Position numbers and translations under genes: made by a program. From Actinomycetota bacterium (lineage in GTDB: Bacteria; Actinomycetota; Aquicultoria; SURF-47), in the NCBI GenBank assembly GCA_003599235.1, contig QZJE01000003.1, forward strand, positions 3,779 to 67,778: a DNA stretch of 64,000 nt. Reading direction: 5' to 3'. The notes under the pieces are model-generated. The model had not been told where the DNA came from. It did no database searches and was given only the letters and a program-made list of their open reading frames with translations. Below are positions 41,066 through 50,982 of the stretch, piece after piece. The stretch's first letter is position 1; each line of letters opens with the position of its first letter.

Positions 41066-42166
41066 CTAATCTCTAGCCTCTAATTTTGTCTGCTTAGCAA
41101 TATTAAGCAATATTCCGATTCCTATCAAGCTAAATAGCATTGAAGAGCCGCCGTAACTTACTAACGGCAACGGCACACCGGTTATTGGCAAAAGACCTAC
41201 TGCTGCAGCAATATTTACAATAGCCTGGGCGATAATCATTATCGTAATCCCGCTAGCAAGTATCTTGCCGTAGCAGTCCTTAGTTTGACTAGCAATTACA
41301 AATCCGCTAAAAGCAAACATGGCTAAAGCAACAACTAATCCTATAGTGCCAATGAGCCCGAGTTCCTCCCCAATTGTTGCTACGATAAAGTCGGTATAGG
41401 CTGCCGGCAAAAATAAAAACTTTTGCTTGCCAAGCCCCAGTCCCACGCCAAAGATGCCTCCTGAGCCAAGCCCTAACATAGACTGTATAATTTGAAATCC
41501 CCTCCCTTGCGGATCTTGCCAAGGGTTTAGAAAACCAAGAAATCTTTGACGTCTATAAGAGCTCGAAAAAATAAAAAACAAGCCGGAGAATGCTCCGGTA
41601 ACGGTAATGGTTAGTAGATGATCCAATCTTGCCCCTACAATAAATATGCAGGTAAAAACAGAAATTAAAATAAGAAAAGCCGTTCCTAAATCCGGCTGAA
41701 GAAGCACCATGGCAGCAACAACGATAATGGTAGTTAATGGCAGATAATCATTCCAGTTAGCAAGGTGCCCTTTTTTTAATTTTATTATGTAGGCGGCAAA
41801 CAGTATTGAGGATAGCTTAGCCAGTTCTGAGGGCTGGAGGTTCATAAACCCTAAGGGGATCCAGCGGGTAGAACCAAAAGCTGACTTTCCTGCTCCGGGA
41901 AGAAAAACCACTATCAACAAACCGACAGTTGCAAACATTAACGCAGGAGCTATTTTGTTAAGTTTTTTATAGTTAATTCGATAAGCAAAATAACCCCCTG
42001 CTAGTCCCAGGCCAATCGATAATAAGTGCCGCCAGAAATAATAAAATGTATCGTGATGATGTTCAAAAGCAATTATTTGGCTGGAGCTAAGTACCATTAC
42101 CGAGCCCAATAAAAGCAAGGTTGAAGTTGTCCCTAATATCCAATAATAAGTTCTGGGTTGTCTCAT
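41066..42166 (-). CDS. ftsW: Lipid II flippase / peptidoglycan glycosyltransferase FtsW (SEDS family)
   Basis: 366 aa. About 10 TM segments, SEDS motifs, located between murD and murG. Confidence 0.85.
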   Translation of the reverse strand: MRQPRTYYWILGTTSTLLLLGSVMVLSSSQIIAFEHHHDTFYYFWRHLLSIGLGLAGGYFAYRINYKKLNKIAPALMFATVGLLIVVFLPGAGKSAFGSTRWIPLGFMNLQPSELAKLSSILFAAYIIKLKKGHLANWNDYLPLTTIIVVAAMVLLQPDLGTAFLILISVFTCIFIVGARLDHLLTITVTGAFSGLFFIFSSSYRRQRFLGFLNPWQDPQGRGFQIIQSMLGLGSGGIFGVGLGLGKQKFLFLPAAYTDFIVATIGEELGLIGTIGLVVALAMFAFSGFVIASQTKDCYGKILASGITIMIIAQAIVNIAAAVGLLPITGVPLPLVSYGGSSMLFSLIGIGILLNIAKQTKLEARD

Positions 42167-43512
42167 GTTGCAGCTGTTATTTGCTCTTTTATTTGATTAA
42201 GCGTTTCTTTGAACTTTTCTCCGCGTTCTTTATAGCTTATAAACTGGTCGAAGCTGGCACAAGCGGGAGACAATAAAACAATATCTCCCCTTTTAGCAAT
42301 CTCTTTGGCCTTTAAGACAGCTTTTTCAAGAGTTACGCAAAAAGTAATTTCTGTGCATCCTTTAATATCCCTGCTAATCTGTTTTTTAGCTTCCCCGAAT
42401 AAGACTGCAGCTTTGACTTTATCTTTAATCAAAGAAGAAAGCTCTTTAAAATCTGAGCCTTTATTGCGTCCACCGGCTAACAAAACAACCGGCTTATGAA
42501 AACTATTTAGAGCACAGACGGTAGCATCCGGATTAGTAGCTTTTGAGTCATTATAATAATCTACCCCATCCATGGTAAGCACATATTCCATCCGATGAAG
42601 CAGTCCATTAAAACCAGTTAAAGCCTTTTGGATAGATTCAATTGAAGCACCTGCTAAATAAGCTGCTCCGCTAGCAGCTAAAGCATTAGCTATGTTGTGT
42701 TTGCCCATAATCTTTAAGTCTTCGCAGGCGCATATTTTATGCCCGGCAATAGATAAATAATTATCCTCGAATCCATATTCACTTGTCCCTTGAGAGCTAA
42801 AATACTTCTTTTGCGCTTTAATATTCGAAGCTACTTTTAACCCATACTCATCTTCCCTGTTAAGCAAGGCAAAACAATCAGGTGTCTGGTTTAAAAAAAG
42901 CTTAGCTTTATCTTTTAGGTAGTTATTAAGACTTAAGTGCCAATCCAGATGATCGGGAGCAATACCAAGCAACACAGCAATATCTAATTTTAACTTCTTA
43001 ATAAAATGCAGCTGAAAGCTACTGATTTCTAAAATGAGCACTTTGCCCTTTAATTGATCGGCAACATTGATATAAGGACTTCCAATATTGCCTGCAAGTT
43101 CGTAAGCTATACCAGCTTGCTCAAAAATAGCTTTGATAATATTTACCGTTGTTGTTTTGCCGTTTGTTCCTGTTACCCCGATTACCTTTAAATGGTTTGA
43201 TAGCTCATACGCTAACTCTACTTCACTAATTACAGGGATTCTGTGCTTTTTGGCCTCAACTAAAAAATGATTGTGAAAAGGAATCCCGGGGCTAGTAACA
43301 ATTAACTTTGCGTTCGTTAAATACTGGCTTCTAAGGCCACCTAAATGTACCTCAATTTCTTGATTCTGTAGTTCCTTGGATGCTTGCTTTAAGGCAGTGC
43401 TTCGGTTTGAATCTATTGCTGTAACTTCGGCTCCTAAGCTCTTAAGTTTTAGAGCAGCAGCTATACCGCTTAAACCAAGGCCAAGTACCAACACTTTTTT
43501 GCCTTGATACAT
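42163..43512 (-). CDS. murD: UDP-N-acetylmuramoylalanine--D-glutamate ligase
   Basis: 449 aa. GLGLSG N-terminus, GTNGKTTT. Confidence 0.88.
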   Translation of the reverse strand: MYQGKKVLVLGLGLSGIAAALKLKSLGAEVTAIDSNRSTALKQASKELQNQEIEVHLGGLRSQYLTNAKLIVTSPGIPFHNHFLVEAKKHRIPVISEVELAYELSNHLKVIGVTGTNGKTTTVNIIKAIFEQAGIAYELAGNIGSPYINVADQLKGKVLILEISSFQLHFIKKLKLDIAVLLGIAPDHLDWHLSLNNYLKDKAKLFLNQTPDCFALLNREDEYGLKVASNIKAQKKYFSSQGTSEYGFEDNYLSIAGHKICACEDLKIMGKHNIANALAASGAAYLAGASIESIQKALTGFNGLLHRMEYVLTMDGVDYYNDSKATNPDATVCALNSFHKPVVLLAGGRNKGSDFKELSSLIKDKVKAAVLFGEAKKQISRDIKGCTEITFCVTLEKAVLKAKEIAKRGDIVLLSPACASFDQFISYKERGEKFKETLNQIKEQITAAT

Positions 43513-44522
43513 TATTTGCCTCCGGCTTTAAGAGCTGTAATGAAATACAGGGCAAACCCGGCTCCAGCCAAAAGGCCAGAGACTATCCAAAACCGAATCA
43601 TTACTTTGGTCTCCGACCAGCCTAATACCTCAAAATGATGATGGATTGGTGCCATTTTAAAAATACGCCGTTTCGTGTAGCGGTAAAAACCCACCTGAAT
43701 AATAACAGAGAGTGCTTCGATTACATAGATGCCACCGATTAGTATCAGCAGTGCTTCGGTTTTGGTCAATATTGCCATTGCGCAAAGAGCTCCTCCCAGG
43801 GCAAATGAACCGGTGTCTCCTAAAAATATCTCAGCCGGATAGGCGTTATACCACAAAAACCCGATTGACGCTCCGCTTGCTGCAGCTGCATACAATGCCA
43901 AATCTAGCCTACCCTGCTTAAAGGCAATACCTGCATAGGCTAGCAAAACAATTGTTATGGTACCGGCAGCTAACCCGTCTAATCCGTCAGCTAAATTCAC
44001 ACTGTTAGTAAATCCAGCAATAATTAAAAACAAGAAAGGAAAGTAAAGCCATCCGATATCGATAGCAGAAGCTGTCAGTGGAATATTGATTACAGTTGAT
44101 AAATTACCTGTTTTAAAAAATAAATAGCCGAAAACAACAGTAATTATAAAGGTGAGCAGCATTTTATAACGAGCTTTAAGCCCTAGTGAGCGGGCATTTA
44201 TTACCATCGTTATATCGTCAATAAAACCCAACATTCCGCAGGCAATCAATAAACCTAAAGCAAGCCCTCCTTTATATGTTTGAACGGCAGTTCCCCCTAA
44301 TAAATAATAGACAACCAATACACTGAAAATGATTATCAATCCGCCCATTGTCGGAGTTCCTTGTTTTACCAAATGTTCGGAGGGCCCGTCGGTTCTTACA
44401 ATTTGGCCGACTCTTTTTGATTTTTGAAACTTTATCCATAGAGGAGTAAAAGCAGCAGTCATAACTAATGCTAGCGCAGCCGTTAGGAAAATCCTGTATG
44501 TGGGATAGAAGCTCAGCGGCAT
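43512..44522 (-). CDS. mraY: Phospho-N-acetylmuramoyl-pentapeptide transferase
   Basis: 336 aa. Multi-TM; DD/NxxD and HHH motifs (NLADGLDGLA, HHHFE). Confidence 0.9.
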   Translation of the reverse strand: MPLSFYPTYRIFLTAALALVMTAAFTPLWIKFQKSKRVGQIVRTDGPSEHLVKQGTPTMGGLIIIFSVLVVYYLLGGTAVQTYKGGLALGLLIACGMLGFIDDITMVINARSLGLKARYKMLLTFIITVVFGYLFFKTGNLSTVINIPLTASAIDIGWLYFPFLFLIIAGFTNSVNLADGLDGLAAGTITIVLLAYAGIAFKQGRLDLALYAAAASGASIGFLWYNAYPAEIFLGDTGSFALGGALCAMAILTKTEALLILIGGIYVIEALSVIIQVGFYRYTKRRIFKMAPIHHHFEVLGWSETKVMIRFWIVSGLLAGAGFALYFITALKAGGK

Positions 44523-45901
44523 ATTTTTCCTTTATTTATTATATTCTCTAAATAATCAGTTATTTGCTCTAGCTCCATAGCCCTTGAACCTTTAATAAGA
44601 ATTACATCCCCAGGCTCAAGTATTGATTTAAGTGTATCAAAAGCTTGCTTTGGTTTGTTAAAACTAAAGATGTTTTTTGATGCAAAACCATTACGGCCGG
44701 CCCCGTCAGCTATTCGCATAGCATTGTCTCCAATAGTTATTAATATTTCTATCGGCTTTTTGGCAATCTCTTTGCCTACCTCAAAATGCAGGTAATCCGA
44801 AAAGTCGCCTAACTCTAGCATGTCTGCAACTACAGCAATACGCCTTTTAGCTTTATATACTGATAAAGCCTTTAAGCTAGCGGCCATTGAATCGGGGTTT
44901 GCATTATAGCAATCATTAATTAAAACAACGTCTGCTATCTCGATTACTTCCATCCTTTTTTTAGAATAAGTTGCATTTTTCAACCCTTTGCTGATATTTT
45001 CAGGTATTACCCCTAAATAATCTGCAACACCAATAGCCCCTAAAGCGTTACTAATATTGTGTTCTCCTGGAATCGATAGGGTTATAGGAATTGTTTTATC
45101 TTCTATTGAGCACAAAAATGAAGGTATTCCAAAATCATCAAAAATTATATCTTTTGCCGTTATATATGGCTTCTCAGATGAACCATAACCATATACTTTA
45201 GCCTTAGACTTCTCTGATAAAGCCTTATAATATTTGTCATCTGAATTAATAAAAGTTGCTCCCTTTTTATTAACACAATCCAGTAGCTCGGCTTTAGCTT
45301 TATACACGTCATCGATTGAGCCTAGTACCCCTATATGTGAATGACCGATGTTGGTTATCACCGCTATATCAGGGCTAGCCATTTCTGCCAACTCAGAAAT
45401 CTGGCCTGGGCCGCGCATTGCCATCTCTACAATTATTATCTGTGTTTTCTTACAAGCCCTAAGAAGGGTTAAGGCAACTCCTATTTCATTGTTATTATTT
45501 TCAGTAGATGCAACCGTAGCAAACTGTTGGCATAAAATAGAGCTCAGCATGTCTTTCAGTGTTGTTTTGCCTGTGCTTCCGGTTATAGCCACTACCTTAG
45601 CTTTTGATTTTTCCCTGTTTAAGGCAGCAATTTCTCCTAGGGCAACCAAAGTATCCTTAACTAATATTTGAGACATTTCAATATCCATTTTTTTAGATAC
45701 TACACAAGCGCTAGCTCCATTGCCCTGAGATTCTTTAACATAATCGTGACCGTTGAACTTTTCTCCCTTGATTGCTATAAAAAGATCGCCTGGGCTAACC
45801 AGCCGGCTATCTATTGCAACCTTATTTACCAGGATATCCTTTGCATTAATTATGCTAGCATTTGTTCTTTTGGCAATTTGGGCAAGACTAGTATTTATCA
45901 T
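44513..45901 (-). CDS. murF: UDP-MurNAc-tripeptide--D-alanyl-D-alanine ligase
   Basis: 462 aa. ITGSTGKTT Mur ligase fold. Confidence 0.85.
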   Translation of the reverse strand: MINTSLAQIAKRTNASIINAKDILVNKVAIDSRLVSPGDLFIAIKGEKFNGHDYVKESQGNGASACVVSKKMDIEMSQILVKDTLVALGEIAALNREKSKAKVVAITGSTGKTTLKDMLSSILCQQFATVASTENNNNEIGVALTLLRACKKTQIIIVEMAMRGPGQISELAEMASPDIAVITNIGHSHIGVLGSIDDVYKAKAELLDCVNKKGATFINSDDKYYKALSEKSKAKVYGYGSSEKPYITAKDIIFDDFGIPSFLCSIEDKTIPITLSIPGEHNISNALGAIGVADYLGVIPENISKGLKNATYSKKRMEVIEIADVVLINDCYNANPDSMAASLKALSVYKAKRRIAVVADMLELGDFSDYLHFEVGKEIAKKPIEILITIGDNAMRIADGAGRNGFASKNIFSFNKPKQAFDTLKSILEPGDVILIKGSRAMELEQITDYLENIINKGKICR

Positions 45902-47334
45902 CTGGATTTTAAATACTCCCTGGCTTCTTCTTGATCGCTAAAATGAACAGTTTTATCCTTAAATATCTGGTACTGCTCATGGCCTTTGCCTGCAATGATT
46001 ACTACGTCTTCTGCTTTGGCTGCATCAAGAGCTTTACGGATTGCTTTTCTTCTATCAGGCTCTATCTGATAATTATTATTTTCAAAGCCTTTAACTATAT
46101 CTTTAATTATGTCTTCTTTGTCCTCGCTTCTTGGGTTATCTGAGGTAATTATCGACATATCGCTTTTTTGGCATGCAACTCGTCCCATCACTTCTCGCTT
46201 AGCCTTATCCCTGTCTCCACCAGCTCCAAATACTAGTATTATGCGGCCATTGGTTGTTTGTTTAGCCGTATCAAGTATCTTTTCTAAGCCATCAGGAGTG
46301 TGGGCATAGTCAACAATTACCGAGAAATCCTGGCCTTCTTTGATGGATTCAAAGCGGCCGGGAACACTTTTTAGTAATTCCAAGCCCTTCTTGATGCTAT
46401 TTAAACTAACTTTTTGAGAAATTGCACACGCTGATGCCGCTAAACAATTGTAAACATTAAAATTACCGACTAAATTATTGCTAATTAAGACCTCTTGACC
46501 GCCAAAGCATAGTTTAAAAGAAGTTTTGTGAGGGCTTAAGTTGATTTCTTTAGCTAAGACCTCAGCATTATTTGTTATGGAATAATTTATCTGTGGATTT
46601 TTTGAAATCTGGGCTAATTTCTGTCCATATAAGTCATCGACATTAATATGGTCTTGCTGCCCATGGCTTTTACTAAATAACTTAAGCTTAGCCCGAAAGT
46701 AAGATTCCATGTCTTTATGGAAATCCAGGTGATCCTGGCTTAGGTTAGTAAAAACCATGGCAGAAAACTTAGTCCCATTTATACGTTGCATGCAAATTGC
46801 ATGAGAAGAAACTTCCATAACAGCTACTTGTACTTTATTATCAACCATACTTTTAAGTAATTTTTGAAGATCTGCAGACTCAGGTGTGGTATGGACAACA
46901 GGATAGCCGGTATCTCCAATAATATATTCTATGGTGCCGATTAAACCTGTTTTAAAACCTGCTTCTTTGAATATCTCTCTTACTAAATAGCTGGTAGTTG
47001 TTTTTCCATTAGTACCGGTTATTCCAATTAATATTAATTTTTTGCTGGGAAAATCATAAAAACGGTTTGCCAGTTTAGCCAAAGCAAGTCTAGCATTATC
47101 TACTTTAACCTGGATAATGTCTAAATCCCGATAATCCTCAACTACAGCCGCTAAAGCTCCTCTTTCTTTAGCTTCCAAAAGATAACGGTGACCGTCAAAT
47201 ATCGCCCCCTTTATACAAACAAACAAATCCCCAGGCTTTACCTTCCTGGAATCATAAGCAATTCCTGTAATTTCGATATCAGGGCTAGTGATATTCACTT
47301 TAGTTATATCTTGTATCAATCTAACTAATTTCAT
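45898..47334 (-). CDS. murE: UDP-MurNAc-L-Ala-D-Glu--(meso-DAP or L-Lys) ligase
   Basis: 478 aa. GITGTNGKTTT, DNPR motif (suggesting DAP-type). Confidence 0.85.
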   Translation of the reverse strand: MKLVRLIQDITKVNITSPDIEITGIAYDSRKVKPGDLFVCIKGAIFDGHRYLLEAKERGALAAVVEDYRDLDIIQVKVDNARLALAKLANRFYDFPSKKLILIGITGTNGKTTTSYLVREIFKEAGFKTGLIGTIEYIIGDTGYPVVHTTPESADLQKLLKSMVDNKVQVAVMEVSSHAICMQRINGTKFSAMVFTNLSQDHLDFHKDMESYFRAKLKLFSKSHGQQDHINVDDLYGQKLAQISKNPQINYSITNNAEVLAKEINLSPHKTSFKLCFGGQEVLISNNLVGNFNVYNCLAASACAISQKVSLNSIKKGLELLKSVPGRFESIKEGQDFSVIVDYAHTPDGLEKILDTAKQTTNGRIILVFGAGGDRDKAKREVMGRVACQKSDMSIITSDNPRSEDKEDIIKDIVKGFENNNYQIEPDRRKAIRKALDAAKAEDVVIIAGKGHEQYQIFKDKTVHFSDQEEAREYLKSR

Positions 47335-47396
47335 TTATCCTATTATACTCTCAACTCTCAACCCTTATCCCTCATCCCTGCGAGGCAATGCCCGAG

Positions 47397-49079
47397 CTAC
47401 TGCGGCGGTATTTTTAGCCTTTGTAAGCTAAACTCCACTACTTTCTGAAAAACAGGGGCAGCTACCGCTGAACCGTATATAGCTTTTGTCGGCTCGACTA
47501 TTACTACAACAGCTGCAATAGAAGCACTCTCAGCCGGAGCAAAACCGATAAAGGAAGCAATGTACCTGCCTTTGGCATATCCTTTGGCATTTTCATCAGG
47601 AACTTGAGCCGTACCAGTTTTACCCGCTACTTTATAGCCAGGGATAGCCGCAGTTTTTCCTGTGCCGTTAACAACTACATTTTCTAACATTTTTATCATT
47701 TCCCAAGAAGTACTTGGATTTATTACTTTTTTTGCTTTATGTTTAGTAATTTTTTTTGCTTGATTTGGTTTGATAATCTCTTTTACTAACGTAGGTTTAA
47801 TCAACTTACCTCCGTTAGCAATAACACAATAGCCCCTTATAAGCTGCATGGCAGTAACCGATATGCCTTGACCGAATGAAACCGTTGCAGTAGTAGGGCC
47901 GTACCACTGGCTGGTAGGAGGCAGGTATCCGGCTACTTCTCCCGGAAACTCAACCCCGGTTTTATATGTATAGCCAAATGATCTTAAGTACGAGTAGATA
48001 TTTTCTTTGCCTACCGCCAAGCCAACTTTGGACATTCCTACATTTGACGAATGAGCGATTATATCGGTTAAACTATAATTTACTGTTTGCCTTCCATGAG
48101 CTTCGCCAATAGTTGCCCCGGCAACTTGTAGAGTGGGAGGCAAATTAAACATTGAGGTTGGCTTAAAGATACCTAAATCTATGGAGGTGGCAGCAATAAA
48201 AGTTTTTAGGGTAGAGCCGGGCTCATATACATCCACTATTGCTGAATTTTTTGTAGCCGCTGCATCTACCTGACTGTACTTTGTGATATCGAAACTGGGC
48301 CAATTAGCAATTGCATAAATCTCACCGTCTTTGGGGTTCATAACAATTACCGACCCTTTTTTGGCGCCCCAATTTTTTACGGCGGCTTCGAGTTCCAATT
48401 GAGCTTTGTACTGGATTTCCCTGTCAATTGTTATGACAATATTTGAACCGTTTATCGGGCGCAAATATTCTTTAATCGTTCCCGGAATTGTTTGTCCAAG
48501 TGCATTTCTTTCATCGCTTGTTTTGCCTTGCCTGCCTCCGAGCAACTTATCATAGTACATCTCAAGCCCTGATAATCCTTTATTATCAGTGCCAACAAAA
48601 CCCAATACCTGACAAGCAACAGGCCCTGAGGGCCAAAACCGCTGTTGCTCCTCAATTGCTTCAATGCCGTCAATTTTTAATGCTTTTACCTTTTCTGCCG
48701 CCTTGTTTTCAATTTTTCTTGCCAGATAAACAAACCCTCTCTTTTGGGTTAGCTTGGAATATATCTCTTCGTAACTCTTGTTTAGTATCGGAGCTATTTT
48801 AGTTGCTGCAAGCGATGGTTTTTTAACCAAATAGGGAGTAGCAAATATGGTTTGTTTTTCAGTGCTTACCGCTAACTGCTGGTAATTACGGTCATAAATT
48901 GTACCTCTTTTGGCAAGCAATGGAATCTCGGTTACCCTTTGCAGGCGAGCTTGTCTGCTCAAATAAGAAGCCTGAAATACTTGAAGATAGATAAGTTTGC
49001 TAACAATTGCTAAAAAACAAAGGCTAACTAGAACAAATGTTATTTTAATACGACTGCTACTATTACTTTTACGAGGCAT
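47397..49079 (-). CDS. ftsI: Class B penicillin-binding protein / septal transpeptidase FtsI
   Basis: 560 aa. N-terminal TM, STLK, SSN, KTGT motifs. Confidence 0.85.
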   Translation of the reverse strand: MPRKSNSSSRIKITFVLVSLCFLAIVSKLIYLQVFQASYLSRQARLQRVTEIPLLAKRGTIYDRNYQQLAVSTEKQTIFATPYLVKKPSLAATKIAPILNKSYEEIYSKLTQKRGFVYLARKIENKAAEKVKALKIDGIEAIEEQQRFWPSGPVACQVLGFVGTDNKGLSGLEMYYDKLLGGRQGKTSDERNALGQTIPGTIKEYLRPINGSNIVITIDREIQYKAQLELEAAVKNWGAKKGSVIVMNPKDGEIYAIANWPSFDITKYSQVDAAATKNSAIVDVYEPGSTLKTFIAATSIDLGIFKPTSMFNLPPTLQVAGATIGEAHGRQTVNYSLTDIIAHSSNVGMSKVGLAVGKENIYSYLRSFGYTYKTGVEFPGEVAGYLPPTSQWYGPTTATVSFGQGISVTAMQLIRGYCVIANGGKLIKPTLVKEIIKPNQAKKITKHKAKKVINPSTSWEMIKMLENVVVNGTGKTAAIPGYKVAGKTGTAQVPDENAKGYAKGRYIASFIGFAPAESASIAAVVVIVEPTKAIYGSAVAAPVFQKVVEFSLQRLKIPPQ

Positions 49080-49141
49080 TATTTTTATTATACCTTCATT
49101 TATAACTAAATATCGAAAATAAACTTTTATTAGTGTTTAGA

Positions 49142-49537
49142 CTAGTGATTAAGGTAGGCTAGCTTGTTTTGAGGTTTGTTTTGTCCGTAGATTATGTAGC
49201 TTTTTGTCTTAGGACTTATCATTTTAAGCTTAGCAGTAGCAATTGATTCAATTCTGTTTGGTGATTTAAGTATCATCTTGGCAGTTGCTAATTCTTGCTG
49301 AGCCTGCTTGGCTTTCGATATTTCTACTTTTAACTCTTGGCTCTCAAGGCAGTACTGATTAAATAAAGCAAACTGGGCTACTTTTAAGCAACAAAGAGCA
49401 GCGATAACATAACTAGAGACAATAAATAGCTTAAAATATGATACTTTAACTTGCCTTTTTTGGCTTTTTTTAACTAGCCTTAAGTTTCTAGGTGTTCTTC
49501 TCGGTTTAGCTTGTCTCTTTAGGGATATTGCTGCCAT
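49142..49537 (-). CDS. ftsL: FtsL-like small bitopic cell-division protein
   Basis: 131 aa. Basic N-terminus, one TM (LFIVSSYVIAALCCL), then coiled coil, sitting between rsmH and ftsI. Confidence 0.55.
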   Translation of the reverse strand: MAAISLKRQAKPRRTPRNLRLVKKSQKRQVKVSYFKLFIVSSYVIAALCCLKVAQFALFNQYCLESQELKVEISKAKQAQQELATAKMILKSPNRIESIATAKLKMISPKTKSYIIYGQNKPQNKLAYLNH

Positions 49538-49547
49538 AATCTAGTTC

Positions 49548-50489
49548 CTATTTTTTTTTAGCTACCCTGAGCTTGGCACTTCTTGCTCTAGGATTTTCTT
49601 CTATCTCTTGTTTTGACGCAACTATTGGTTTTTTTGTAAGTATTTTTAAAACTGGTTGCTTTCTACAAACACAAACCGCAATTTCTTTTGGACAAATACA
49701 GCCTTTTTCATTTCCTTTAAAAATCTTTTTGACAATTCTGTCTTCTAACGAGTGGTAAGAAATAACTGCTATTCTTCCACCGCTAACAAGCCATTTGATG
49801 CAATCGTTAAGCCCCTTTTCAAGTGCTTTAAGCTCTGAATTAACCTCAATCCTTAGGGCCTGGAAAACTCTTTTGGCCGGATGCGGCCCGCTTCTTCTAG
49901 CGCCAGCCGGTATAGCGTCTTTGACAATTTCTACCAGTTCCTCGGTAGTCTCAATGGGCTTAGAGCTGCGCCGCTTAACAATAAAATATGCTATACGGCT
50001 GGCCCATTTTTCTTCCGAATAATCCCTAATAATCCGGCTTAACTTCTGTTTGGAATAGTTGTTTACTATATTCCTGGCACTAAGCCTGTTCCTTTTGTCC
50101 ATCCTCATATCCAGAGGACCTTTTTGTTTGTAGCTAAACCCTCTTTGGGCCTGATCTATTTGAGCCGAGGATACCCCTAAGTCGAAAAGGAACCCGTTAA
50201 CTTTGCCTACGCCAACTCTGCCTAGAAGTTCATCAAGATCGGCAAAGTTGCCTTGAATTAAAGAAAAATGCTGGCTGAAGTTTGATAGTTTGGTCTTTGC
50301 TGCGTCAATTGCTGCGATGTCTTTATCGATACCTACAATGAATCCGCTTGGTGCGATTTTTTCTAAAATAGCCCCTGCATGACCTGCCCCGCCTAAAGTA
50401 CAGTCAACAAAGGTGCCTTGGTTTTGGTACACAAGTTGCTCTAATACTTCAGCCAGCAAAACGGGCTTGTGCTTGTATTCCATTGTCAA
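49548..50489 (-). CDS. rsmH: 16S rRNA (cytosine1402-N4)-methyltransferase RsmH (MraW)
   Basis: 313 aa. GGAGHAG SAM motif, second gene of the dcw cluster. Confidence 0.9.
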   Translation of the reverse strand: MTMEYKHKPVLLAEVLEQLVYQNQGTFVDCTLGGAGHAGAILEKIAPSGFIVGIDKDIAAIDAAKTKLSNFSQHFSLIQGNFADLDELLGRVGVGKVNGFLFDLGVSSAQIDQAQRGFSYKQKGPLDMRMDKRNRLSARNIVNNYSKQKLSRIIRDYSEEKWASRIAYFIVKRRSSKPIETTEELVEIVKDAIPAGARRSGPHPAKRVFQALRIEVNSELKALEKGLNDCIKWLVSGGRIAVISYHSLEDRIVKKIFKGNEKGCICPKEIAVCVCRKQPVLKILTKKPIVASKQEIEENPRARSAKLRVAKKK

Positions 50490-50493
50490 TTTA

Positions 50494-50925
50494 CTAAAAG
50501 CCTAAATCGGCTAATTCTTCTGCAATCTCTGAGTAAGAACTGGCAGCCTCTTTCTCTACTTTCTCCCATTTTTCCTTACTCCATATCTCTAACCGGCTGC
50601 TAACTCCGATAACGATTATCTCTTTTTTAATTGAAGCCCATTGCCGCAAACTCTGGGGAACAACTACCCGGCCGCTTTTGTCTAAATCGTCCTCGCATGC
50701 TCCCCCAAATAAGAAACGAGAAAGGGTTCTGGCATCCTTTCTCAAAGTCCGTAATTGTCGGATTTGTTCTGAGAACTCCAGCCAACCGGTTTTTGAAAAA
50801 ACAAATAGACAGTTCTCAAAGCCTTTGGTAACAACCAATCCGTCTTCGAGAGCTTTTCTATATTTTGCTGGAATCGTAACCCTGCTTTTGTCATCTAATG
50901 TGTGCCTGTGTTCTCCTAAAAACAA
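50494..50925 (-). CDS. mraZ: Transcriptional regulator MraZ
   Basis: 143 aa. Duplicated DxxxR motifs (DDKSRVTIP, DKSGRVVVP). Confidence 0.9.
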   Translation of the reverse strand: MFLGEHRHTLDDKSRVTIPAKYRKALEDGLVVTKGFENCLFVFSKTGWLEFSEQIRQLRTLRKDARTLSRFLFGGACEDDLDKSGRVVVPQSLRQWASIKKEIIVIGVSSRLEIWSKEKWEKVEKEAASSYSEIAEELADLGF

Positions 50926-50952
50926 ATCTTCTCCCCCAGCACTTGCTAATTT

Positions 50953-50982
50953 CTACCCATTCTATCCCACTTTACCCCACTT
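50953..50982 (-). promoter_or_regulatory. Candidate MraZ operator: three direct GTGGG/TGGG repeats with exact 10-bp phasing upstream of mraZ
   Basis: Minus strand reads GTGGGGTAAA GTGGGATAGA ATGGGTAGAA, 30-60 nt upstream of the mraZ ATG. MraZ proteins bind phased TGGGN direct repeats. Confidence 0.55.
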
